Shown: piece by piece, positions 56,716-64,000 of the stretch
How the letters are laid out: the number at the start of each line of letters is the position of its first letter
How positions within the stretch are numbered: position 1 is the stretch's first letter
Assembly (NCBI GenBank): GCA_041690595.1
Contig: JAWLHB010000009.1
Location: 142,538-206,537, forward strand
Length of the DNA: 64,000 bases
From: Lentisphaeria bacterium
GTDB lineage: Bacteria > Verrucomicrobiota > Lentisphaeria > JABSQK01 > JAWLHB01
Direction of reading: 5' to 3'
Made by a program: the position numbers and the translations under genes
Notes under the pieces: model-generated
Database searches by the model: none
The model's input: the letters and a program-made list of their open reading frames with translations, nothing else
What the model was told of the DNA's origin: nothing

Positions 56716-57433
56716 CGTTCTCTCCCTCGGTGACGTGGTGAATCTGCTCTTCGAGTTGTTCGGTAAGATCTGTTTCCGTGATTGCCAGATGCTTTCGCAT
56801 GGCCTCCGCCGCGCCGTCGCCATCGCGGCGGGCGACGGCTTCCACAACGGCCTGATGCGTGAGGTAGGGTCGCTTGAAGCCGGTGCGGGCAATCGTCAGC
56901 TTGCGGCTTTCTCGGCACAGCTCGACGATGCTTTCGAGCATCAGCTTGAGCACGTCATTGCCGCAGTGATTGGCCAACGTCTGGTGGAAGTCCGTATCGG
57001 CCTCCACGGCCTCCTCGACAGTGACCTCGGGGGCGGCCAGCTTTGACTGCGCCTCGAGCAGTTGCCGCAAACCGTCGCCATCCATGCGACTGGCGGCGAG
57101 GCGCGCGATCTCGACCTCGATCAGGAAGCGTGCCGCCATGGCTTGACGGAGGCGTACGGCGAGGTCGGGTATGAGCAGGGAGAGCGACGCCATCACCGGC
57201 TTGTGCAACCGGCGCGAAGCCCGCAGCCCGACGCCGTGCCGCACATCCACCAGCCCCTGCAGTTCGAGCCGATTGATGGCTTCGCGCATCACCGTGCGGC
57301 TGACGCCGTACTTGGTGCTCAGTTCCTGCGTGGTCGGCAGCCACTGGTCATCCTCGCTGGAGATGGCCAGAATGTGCTGCGCCAGACCATCGTAAACGTC
57401 TTCGACCAGCGAAGATCGTGAAGACTCGCTCAT
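56699..57433 (-). CDS. GntR/FadR family transcriptional regulator
   Basis: LPT..EL...YGVSRTV.REA...L...GLV.VRHG.G wHTH; FCD domain D..FH, N..L, H. Confidence 0.92.
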   Translation of the reverse strand: MSESSRSSLVEDVYDGLAQHILAISSEDDQWLPTTQELSTKYGVSRTVMREAINRLELQGLVDVRHGVGLRASRRLHKPVMASLSLLIPDLAVRLRQAMAARFLIEVEIARLAASRMDGDGLRQLLEAQSKLAAPEVTVEEAVEADTDFHQTLANHCGNDVLKLMLESIVELCRESRKLTIARTGFKRPYLTHQAVVEAVARRDGDGAAEAMRKHLAITETDLTEQLEEQIHHVTEGENDETER

Positions 57434-57435
57434 CT

Positions 57436-58488
57436 TTATTCCTTCTCCGGTGGAGTCAGGTGAATCTTGATCCGTTCGTCGGCTTGCGCCTGCTGCAACT
57501 GGAAGGCATCGGGTGCGTCTTCCAGGGCGAAGTGGTGGGTGATCAGCGGCTTGACGTCGAGTCTGCCGGCGGCCATGAGGCGCAGAGTCTGCTCGAAGGC
57601 GTTGGGACTGGCGACGGAGCAGCAGAGGGTGAGATCGCGGACGACCGCCATCCCCAGATCCAGCTTTTCGATCGGCCGTTCGTAGATGCCGACGACGGAG
57701 ATGGTGCCGCTCTGGCGGGTGGCGGCCAGGCAATCGTTGAGCGCCTGGCCCTGGCCGCTGGCCTCCACCGCATAGTCCACCCCGATGCCGCGGGTGTGAT
57801 CCATGATGAACTCGGTCACATTCTCTTCGCGCACATTGACGGTGGCATGTGCGCCGAGGGTTCGTCCCAATGCCAGCTTGGCCGAGCTGGCGCCGCTCAG
57901 CACCACCCAGCCCGCGCCGTAGGCCACCGCCGTCTGCATGGCAAGAAGACCGATCGGGCCATCGCCGGTTACCAGCACGGTCGCCCCCGGATCGAAATGG
58001 GCCTTGCGGATGGCCTTCACCACCGTGGCCGCCGGCTCGACGAGGGCTCCCTCGTCCAGATCGACCTCGGGGGGCAGCTTGTAGCAGTGGCGCGCCGGCA
58101 TGGTGAGGAATTGGGCGAAGGCGCCGTCCTTGTTGCGGCAGAGGCCCACCTCCTGCTTCACGATGCAGACATTGTAGAGCCCGCGCATGCAGTTAACGCA
58201 TTGTCCGCAGCCGATGGTGACGTCGCCCGTTACCTGATCGCCCACGGCAAAGCCATCGACGCCGCTGCCGACCTCGACTACCGTCCCCGACCACTCATGG
58301 CCGAGGATCACGGGGTACTGCGTCCAGCCCAGCCGAAAATAGGGCATGGTTCCGTGCAGCATTTCCAGATCGGTACCGCAGATTCCCACCACGTGCGTGC
58401 GGATCAGCAGTTCATGTTCCGTGGGCCGCGGCCGATCCATCTCCACCAGCTGGCCTGTTTCCGGCCCCGTCAGTTGATAGGCATACAT
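57436..58488 (-). CDS. Zinc-dependent alcohol/polyol dehydrogenase
   Basis: GICGTD, GHEWSG, C..C..C......C, GDGPIG; GGGAGG SD. Confidence 0.92.
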   Translation of the reverse strand: MYAYQLTGPETGQLVEMDRPRPTEHELLIRTHVVGICGTDLEMLHGTMPYFRLGWTQYPVILGHEWSGTVVEVGSGVDGFAVGDQVTGDVTIGCGQCVNCMRGLYNVCIVKQEVGLCRNKDGAFAQFLTMPARHCYKLPPEVDLDEGALVEPAATVVKAIRKAHFDPGATVLVTGDGPIGLLAMQTAVAYGAGWVVLSGASSAKLALGRTLGAHATVNVREENVTEFIMDHTRGIGVDYAVEASGQGQALNDCLAATRQSGTISVVGIYERPIEKLDLGMAVVRDLTLCCSVASPNAFEQTLRLMAAGRLDVKPLITHHFALEDAPDAFQLQQAQADERIKIHLTPPEKE

Positions 58489-58693
58489 GCTGTACCTCCC
58501 GTTGCTTTCGAGATCTCTTTGCGCCTTGGGATCAGAGGATATCCTATCTCTGCACCCATTTCAAGAGATCTTGGATGAAAATCAGCATATTTTTGTCGAC
58601 TCGAAAGCCATAGAGGTAGTATCTCTAGCTGGTGAAGAGATAACAGGAGATTTTTCTTTGTGGGGGGATTGACGGTGGTGGTTGGTGCGGCTA

Positions 58694-58707
58694 CGTGTAA
58701 CTACACG
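58694..58707. promoter_or_regulatory. Palindrome CGTGTA-ac-TACACG, candidate LacI operator
   Basis: Perfect 6-bp inverted repeat overlapping the expected -10 region of TTGACG (58669-58674), upstream of the GH116-lacI operon. Confidence 0.5.
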
Positions 58708-58754
58708 GACAATCTTTTGAGCACACGTTGAGGCCACCAACCCGAGGAGAATCC

Positions 58755-61235
58755 ATGACAACCGCGAGCGGGAAGTTCAACAGCCGGTATGAGGGTCAGC
58801 GCGGCGATTACGTGTCGATGCCGATGGGTGGCTTGGGGGCGGGAATGCTCTGCCTGTCGGGGACGGGAGGGCTCGAACACGTGACGTGGCGTCACAAGCC
58901 AGCACTGGATGGGTTCAAGAGCCTCTTTGCGGCGTTGAGCGTGCGACAGCCGACGGCGTCGGCGAAGGTGCTGGAAGGACCTGTGCCTGGGTGGAAGATT
59001 TTCGGACACAAGCGTGGCGGGAATGGAGGCATCGCCAACAACCATGGTCTGCCGCATCATCGCCACGCCTCCTTTACCAATCGCTTTCCGTTCGGCCAGG
59101 TGGAGTTGGACGATCCGGCCATGCCGCTGGCAAGCAGCGTCACGGGGTGGAGTCCCTTTGTGCCCGGCGATGCGGATGGCTCCAGTCTGCCGGTAGCGGG
59201 TCTCGAGTATACCTTCACGAATCCCGGCAGTGAAGCGGCGGAGGCGGTCTTCTCCTTTCACGTCAGGAATCCGGTCGCATACCAGCATGAATCGAACGTT
59301 ACCGGGGAACCGGCACCTTCCGAGGTCCGGCGAATCGAGAAGGGTTTTATCATTTCGCAGCCCGCCCGCCCCGGGCAGCCGCACGAGGAGGGGCATGCGG
59401 CGGTGATGGTGCTGGATGAGGCAGATGCGGCCATCGACGCGCACTGGTTTCGCGGTGGCTGGTTCGACGCGATGACCATGGTCTGGAACGCCATCGAGAG
59501 TGGCTCGGTGCTGAGCCGTCCGGCGCCGAACGACGGTGGTCAACCTTCCCCCGGCGGGAGCATCTACCTGCCCTTTTCGCTGGAGCCGGGAGCCTCGAAG
59601 ACCGTGCGTGTCCTGCTCGCGTGGTATGTCCCCTACTCGAACGTACACGTGGGCGAGCCAGCGCCTTCGTGTGGCTGCGACGGGGAGTGCGCTCCCGATC
59701 CCGCGTCTTTCTATCGTCCCTGGTATGCGAGCCGCTTTGCGAGCATCGACGCGGTGGCGGCACACTGGTATCGCGACTACGCGGAGTTGCGCCGCAAGAG
59801 CGCGCTTTTCGCGGATGCGTTCTTCGCGGCAGATCTTCCGGCGGAGGTGCTGGAGGCGGTATCCTGCAACCTGTCGATCCTGAAATCCCCGACGGTGCTG
59901 CGTCAGTTCGACGGTCGCCTCTGGGGCTGGGAGGGATGCGGGGAAAGCTCCGGCTGCTGCGCCGGATCGTGTACGCATGTGTGGAACTACGCGCAAGCAA
60001 TCTGCCACCTCTTTCCGAGCTTGGAGCGGAGCCTGCGCGAGACGGAATTCCTGGTCTCGCAAGACGAGCAAGGTCACCAGAACTTCCGCTCCTGGTTGCC
60101 GATCCGGGAGTGCGCTCACAAGAGCCTCGCCGCGTGTGACGGTCAGCTTGGGGGCATTATCAAGGCCTGTCGCGACTGGCGGATCAGCGGCGACAACGAC
60201 TGGCTCTCCCGCCTCTGGCCGGCCATCCGTCAGAGCATGGTCTACTGCATCGAGACCTGGGATCCCAGACATCTGGGCCACATCACCGAGCCGCACCACA
60301 ACACGTACGACATCGAGTTCTGGGGGCCGGACGGCATGTGCATGAGCTTCTATCTGGCGGCGCTCCAGGCCGCCGCGCTCATGGGAGAGGCGCTCAGCGA
60401 CGATACCGCGCTCTTCCGCGAGCTGCTCGCCAAGGGAGTCGACTACTGCGACCGTGAACTCTTCAACGGCGACTACTACAACCAGAAGATCGACTGGTCC
60501 GAAAGCGGGGCGTCGCCCATCGCCTTTTCGGAAGGGAGCAGCGTCATTGCCAGCACGTATTCGCCCGAAGCGCGGGCGCTTCTGGAGAAGGAGGGGCCCA
60601 AATACCAGTATGGCAACGGCTGCCTCTCCGACGGTATTCTCGGAGAATTTCTTGGCTGGGCGGCGGGGTTGCCGGCGGTCCTGCCCGAAGAGCGGCTGAA
60701 GAGCCACCTGCTGGCGGTTCACCGTTACAATCTGAGGAGCGATCTTTCCGATCATCCGAACCCCCAGCGGCCGGGCTTTGCGATCGGCGAAGAAGGAGGG
60801 CTGCTCCTCTGCTCGTGGCCGCATGGGGACGCGCTGAGCCTCCCCTTCGTCTACAGCAACGAGGTGTGGACGGGCATCGAGTACCAGGTGGCGGCGCATC
60901 TCATCGGCCTCGGCGGAGTCGAGCAGGGGCTGGAGATCGTGCGCGCCTGCCGCCAGCGCTATGACGGCACCCGGCGAAATCCGTACAACGAGTACGAATG
61001 CGGCCACTGGTACGCACGGGCCATGTCCAGCTATGCCCTGATGCAGGCGCTCACCGGCTTGCGCTATGACGCCGTGGAGAAGGTGCTGCACCTCGCCCCT
61101 CGCCTGACCGGCGATTTCCAGTCCTTCCTCTCAACGGAAAGTGGCTTCGGCATGGCGGGTGTTCGCGATGGGAAACCGTTCTGCGAGGCACTCCATGGCA
61201 CGATCGAGGTGGCGCGCTTCGAGATGGCCCAGTGA
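58755..61235 (+). CDS. GH116 family glycoside hydrolase
   Basis: PMGGLGAG, F...FPF, SPFVPGD...SSLPV, G.EG......CC.GSCTHVWNYAQ, HNTYD, EVWTG.EY, NEYECGHWYARAM; GAGGAG SD. Confidence 0.88.
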   Translation: MTTASGKFNSRYEGQRGDYVSMPMGGLGAGMLCLSGTGGLEHVTWRHKPALDGFKSLFAALSVRQPTASAKVLEGPVPGWKIFGHKRGGNGGIANNHGLPHHRHASFTNRFPFGQVELDDPAMPLASSVTGWSPFVPGDADGSSLPVAGLEYTFTNPGSEAAEAVFSFHVRNPVAYQHESNVTGEPAPSEVRRIEKGFIISQPARPGQPHEEGHAAVMVLDEADAAIDAHWFRGGWFDAMTMVWNAIESGSVLSRPAPNDGGQPSPGGSIYLPFSLEPGASKTVRVLLAWYVPYSNVHVGEPAPSCGCDGECAPDPASFYRPWYASRFASIDAVAAHWYRDYAELRRKSALFADAFFAADLPAEVLEAVSCNLSILKSPTVLRQFDGRLWGWEGCGESSGCCAGSCTHVWNYAQAICHLFPSLERSLRETEFLVSQDEQGHQNFRSWLPIRECAHKSLAACDGQLGGIIKACRDWRISGDNDWLSRLWPAIRQSMVYCIETWDPRHLGHITEPHHNTYDIEFWGPDGMCMSFYLAALQAAALMGEALSDDTALFRELLAKGVDYCDRELFNGDYYNQKIDWSESGASPIAFSEGSSVIASTYSPEARALLEKEGPKYQYGNGCLSDGILGEFLGWAAGLPAVLPEERLKSHLLAVHRYNLRSDLSDHPNPQRPGFAIGEEGGLLLCSWPHGDALSLPFVYSNEVWTGIEYQVAAHLIGLGGVEQGLEIVRACRQRYDGTRRNPYNEYECGHWYARAMSSYALMQALTGLRYDAVEKVLHLAPRLTGDFQSFLSTESGFGMAGVRDGKPFCEALHGTIEVARFEMAQ

Positions 61236-62182
61236 TCTCTTCGCTCGAACTGGCACGGTTGTGCGGCGTCTCGCAAGGGACGGTCGACCGGGCGCTGCAC
61301 AACCGCCCCGGCATTCGCGCGAGTACCCGGGAGAAGATCCTCCAGATTGCCGCCGAGCATGGCTACCGGCCGAACCCCGCCGTCCAGGAACTGCTGAGCG
61401 GGCAGAGTCAACAGATCGTGGCCATCTTCCCGGGGACGCTCAGCATCTTCTTCATGGATCTGATGAATGCGCTGAGCGGAGCGTTGGCGGCAAACGGTCT
61501 TCGCCTGGTGATGATCCCGGCGGCCGGCGGTCGGGACCTGCTGACGATTCTCGAGGACTGCGCGGCGCGGCGAGCCGCGGGGATCGTCATTGTGCCGCCG
61601 CGCAGCTCGCTGACGATCCCCCAGGCGATCTCGACGCACCTGCCGGTCGCCACGCTGGTCAGCAAATGCCGGGGAACGAGTCTCTGCCACATCGCACCGG
61701 ATGAGGTGCTGACCGGACGAACCGCCGTCGACTATCTGACGGGACTGGGTCATCGGCGCATCCTCCACATCACCTACCCAAGCCGGCACAGCGCCGTGCG
61801 CGAACGTCGCAAAGGGTATGAGCTGCGCATGGGGGAGTTGGGCCTTGCTCCCCGCGTTGCCACTCATCTGGATGCGGCGGCTTTGTCGCAGGCGCTGAAG
61901 CGCCATGCCCCTACAGCGGTCTTCTGTCATAACGACTGGCTGGCACTGTCGGTCATCCGACAACTCCATGCTCTCGGTTGCCGGGTGCCGGAAGCGATCA
62001 GTGTCCTGGGCGTGGATAACAGCCCGGCCTTCCATGACCTCTGCCCCACCATTACCAGCCTTGCCTATCCCATGCGGCAAATCGCCGACGCGACGGTCGC
62101 CTGGCTGCGCGACCGCCAGCCGCCACCGGACTTCGGCGCGCTCCCCGTCATCGAGCGCGAGACGACGCGTCGCCTCGCCTGA
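61232..62182 (+). CDS. LacI family transcriptional regulator
   Basis: LARLCGVSQGTVDRALH HTH, YRPN, LGHRRI, AVFC.ND..A, VPE.ISV.G.D. GTGA overlap with the GH116 stop. Confidence 0.92.
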   Translation: MISSLELARLCGVSQGTVDRALHNRPGIRASTREKILQIAAEHGYRPNPAVQELLSGQSQQIVAIFPGTLSIFFMDLMNALSGALAANGLRLVMIPAAGGRDLLTILEDCAARRAAGIVIVPPRSSLTIPQAISTHLPVATLVSKCRGTSLCHIAPDEVLTGRTAVDYLTGLGHRRILHITYPSRHSAVRERRKGYELRMGELGLAPRVATHLDAAALSQALKRHAPTAVFCHNDWLALSVIRQLHALGCRVPEAISVLGVDNSPAFHDLCPTITSLAYPMRQIADATVAWLRDRQPPPDFGALPVIERETTRRLA

Positions 62183-62207
62183 GGCGGGGAATAGGAGGCG
62201 GGCAGGC

Positions 62208-62255
62208 GGGGCGCTGCCCCGGACCCCGCTGGGGAGGCGCACCTCCCCAGACCCC
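62208..62255. repeat. REP-like double hairpin
   Basis: GGGGC-gct-GCCCC ggacccc g CTGGGGAGG-cgca-CCTCCCCAG acccc: two perfect GC stems, each followed by GACCCC. Confidence 0.6.
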
Positions 62256-62350
62256 ACGATGCTTCTTGTCGATGGGGGTGGCGCGGTTTTGACCCGCCAC
62301 GATCTCGGGGCGAAGGGTTCACATGGTTCAACATCCGACGCTGTTAAAAA

Positions 62351-62443
62351 ACCACGAAGGACACGAAGAGCACGAAGTTACAATAAGGTAACTATTAAAG
62401 ATTTTTTATGGCGTTTTATGCTGCTCTTCACGCACTTCGTGGT
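62351..62443. repeat. CACGAAG 9-bp-period REP-like element with inverted partner
   Basis: CACGAAG at 62353, 62362 and 62371; ACCACGAAG (62351) pairs with CTTCGTGGT (62435-62443) around an AT-rich core. Confidence 0.65.
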
Positions 62444-62474
62444 GATTGCTTTCGCATGTCAGTCTTCGGGACCG

Positions 62475-63008
62475 TCATTCACCTGCCGATCGTGATCTCA
62501 GGATCTCGGCGAGGAAATCATCCACTTCCTTTCTGTCAGATTCTGCCTTACCGTGAAGGTACTGAAAAACATCATTCTCTGCTGCTTCTGCCTCCGCGGC
62601 AGGGATAAGCCTCGGGTGTTCCTCGCGAAATTCAGCCAGACGCCTCAGCGGCCCCATAATAGCAGATCTGGCAGAACGAGGGGCGGAATTGAGCCTGTCC
62701 TTGGAATCAAGGACGCATAGATCGAGCAAAGCATCGATAAGAATCAGGACGCGGTCTTCATCTTTGCTTTCATTCAGTCTCTTTCGGATGACCATGTATT
62801 CCATTATCGGGATACCAAGGGTCGGACGGCTGCTGTCAACGATAAGCTCATCGTCATGGTACCTGGATTGATAAGAGAAGAAGGATTCCTGTTGTTCCTC
62901 CTTGCCAATCAGGAGACCTGCAACGATCACTACCACTATGATTGCCGCGTATATGACGTGGACGCGGCAACGTCTTGCAAGATCAGGCTTGTTAACGGTA
63001 TCTGACAT
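62475..63008 (-). CDS. Hypothetical protein with single N-terminal TM
   Basis: Open frame in the AT-richer region; hydrophobic VIYAAIIVVVIVAGLLI then a helical domain. Start uncertain (63008 or up to 63092). Confidence 0.5.
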   Translation of the reverse strand: MSDTVNKPDLARRCRVHVIYAAIIVVVIVAGLLIGKEEQQESFFSYQSRYHDDELIVDSSRPTLGIPIMEYMVIRKRLNESKDEDRVLILIDALLDLCVLDSKDRLNSAPRSARSAIMGPLRRLAEFREEHPRLIPAAEAEAAENDVFQYLHGKAESDRKEVDDFLAEILRSRSAGE

Positions 63009-63620
63009 TTCTCTGGGGAACCGAGTTATGATCAAGCGGCCACAAGCGATGGAGCCAAGCTGTTTGATGGGCATGGGTAGCCGTGGATACACTACCTTCC
63101 TTCAGGACGCAGTCACAGAGAACCGAGTCGTCCGCGTTGCGGTACTATAACCAATCGCCAACCTCCAAAGCGTATGGGATTACCGTACCAGCGCGGTCAA
63201 GGCGTTGCAAGTGGTATCGGGCGCCAGTGGTGAGATGGACACAATGACAGGCTGGTGGTGCACGTGAGGGGTTCCGGGCCAGGGAGAGGTGCCTCAGCCA
63301 GACACGTGCTGCTCAAGTCGCGGCTCCGAGAGCTCATGCATCCGCCGCGTGAACGTGGCGGGGAGGATGGTTTTTCTTCGGCGACTGGATTTCCTTCAGT
63401 ACAAGACAGGGGCGTTGGCATATCTTTGCTTGACACGACTTTATATGTCGATATGGTGATAGCCATGGACTATGATTCGATTCGGCTTATTACTTGCACT
63501 ATAAACGCACGTCCACAACCTACGGTCATGTCTGCCTTTAGTCCAGATCCCGATTGTCATAATGTCTGGCCGCGGCAGGCGGCCTGACACACCTGGAACC
63601 TGATAAATGGAGAAAATGAT

Positions 63621-64000
63621 ATGTTGGAGGATTGCATCCGCTGCGGCAAACAGGTACGAAAGATGGTGAATGGCGATTGTCCATGCTGTCAGTTGTCGTT
63701 TGATAAAAACTCGGCTAAGGGTTACACAGGAGACCTTGACGAGCAAGATCCTTCTGATGACTTTTCCTGGTTCCATGCTTTTTTCTCACTTTCGGGAAAA
63801 ATAGATCGCGGAACTTGGTGGTGTGGTCATATAGTCAAAATCATCGTCGCTCTATTCTTATGGTTTGAACAACCACTCTTTGCCTATTCGACTAACCTTG
63901 GCCCACATTATATAATCTTTGCAATATTTTCATATGTTAATGTGGCTCTGGATATAAAACGATGCCGTGATCGAGGTTACAGTGGTTGGGTGCTGCTGAT
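63621..64000 (+). CDS. Zinc-ribbon plus DUF805 membrane protein (partial, runs off the window)
   Basis: Translated by hand: MLEDCIRCGK...DCPCCQ...FFSLSGKIDRGTWW...KRCRDRGYSGWVLL. DUF805 motifs FSGRIxR and RxxDxGxSGW; GGAGA SD. Confidence 0.75.
   Translation, partial: MLEDCIRCGKQVRKMVNGDCPCCQLSFDKNSAKGYTGDLDEQDPSDDFSWFHAFFSLSGKIDRGTWWCGHIVKIIVALFLWFEQPLFAYSTNLGPHYIIFAIFSYVNVALDIKRCRDRGYSGWVLL

Noticed and set aside
58701-61091. 796-aa minus-strand ORF
   Set aside because: Antisense shadow of the GH116 gene with no recognisable domain.
62351-62377. CACGAAG repeats as a possible CRISPR array
   Set aside because: The period is only 9 bp with no spacers, and no cas genes are present.
63197-63776. 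ORF-track entries 63197-63466, 63255-63587 and 63441-63776
   Set aside because: No motifs or clear SD, and they conflict with each other; the last is antisense to the DUF805 gene.
1-64000. tRNA, rRNA, transposase, integrase or anti-phage defence genes
   Set aside because: None recognised; nearly all the sequence is explained by protein-coding genes. Small structured RNAs cannot be excluded without an Infernal/Rfam scan.

Overview
High-GC bacterial chromosomal segment, densely coding, with no rRNA, tRNA, CRISPR array or transposase recognised. A PVC-superphylum origin (Lentisphaerae/Kiritimatiellae-like) is an inference from gene style only. From left to right it holds: (1) a divergent Tad/Flp pilus locus with four G|Qxxx E prepilins (one too short for the ORF track), cpaB, an FHA-fused cpaF, tadB and tadC; (2) a beta-helix protein, a response regulator and a hybrid kinase; (3) a six-gene lipid-modification operon (desaturase, FAD oxidoreductase, DUF1365, Cfa-type methyltransferase, DUF2878, DUF1295), divergent from a B12-binding CarH/LitR-type MerR regulator, with 11-bp-phased TnnACA repeats in the shared intergenic region; (4) hypothetical genes and a DUF523/DUF1722 gene; (5) housekeeping genes yceD-plsX-fabH-fabG-acpP-fabF, a LysM lipoprotein, 7TM-HD, ybeY (heavily overlapping the HD gene), corC-like and carA; (6) a minus-strand run of about 23 kb containing an uncharacterised sugar/sugar-acid catabolic locus (FadR, SDRs, Zn-ADHs, VOC, fused ThDP E1 alpha/beta with no E2/E3, ALDH, GH5-like, GH127, LarA-like epimerase, lyase, GH42, enolase-family dehydratase) that ends in murE-nitrilase-thioesterase; (7) a divergent GH116 and LacI pair; (8) REP-like repeats and the start of an AT-richer accessory region. 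The best candidates for an undescribed system are the CarH-controlled lipid operon and the orphan catabolic pathway. All family calls come from motif recognition by eye, not database searches.
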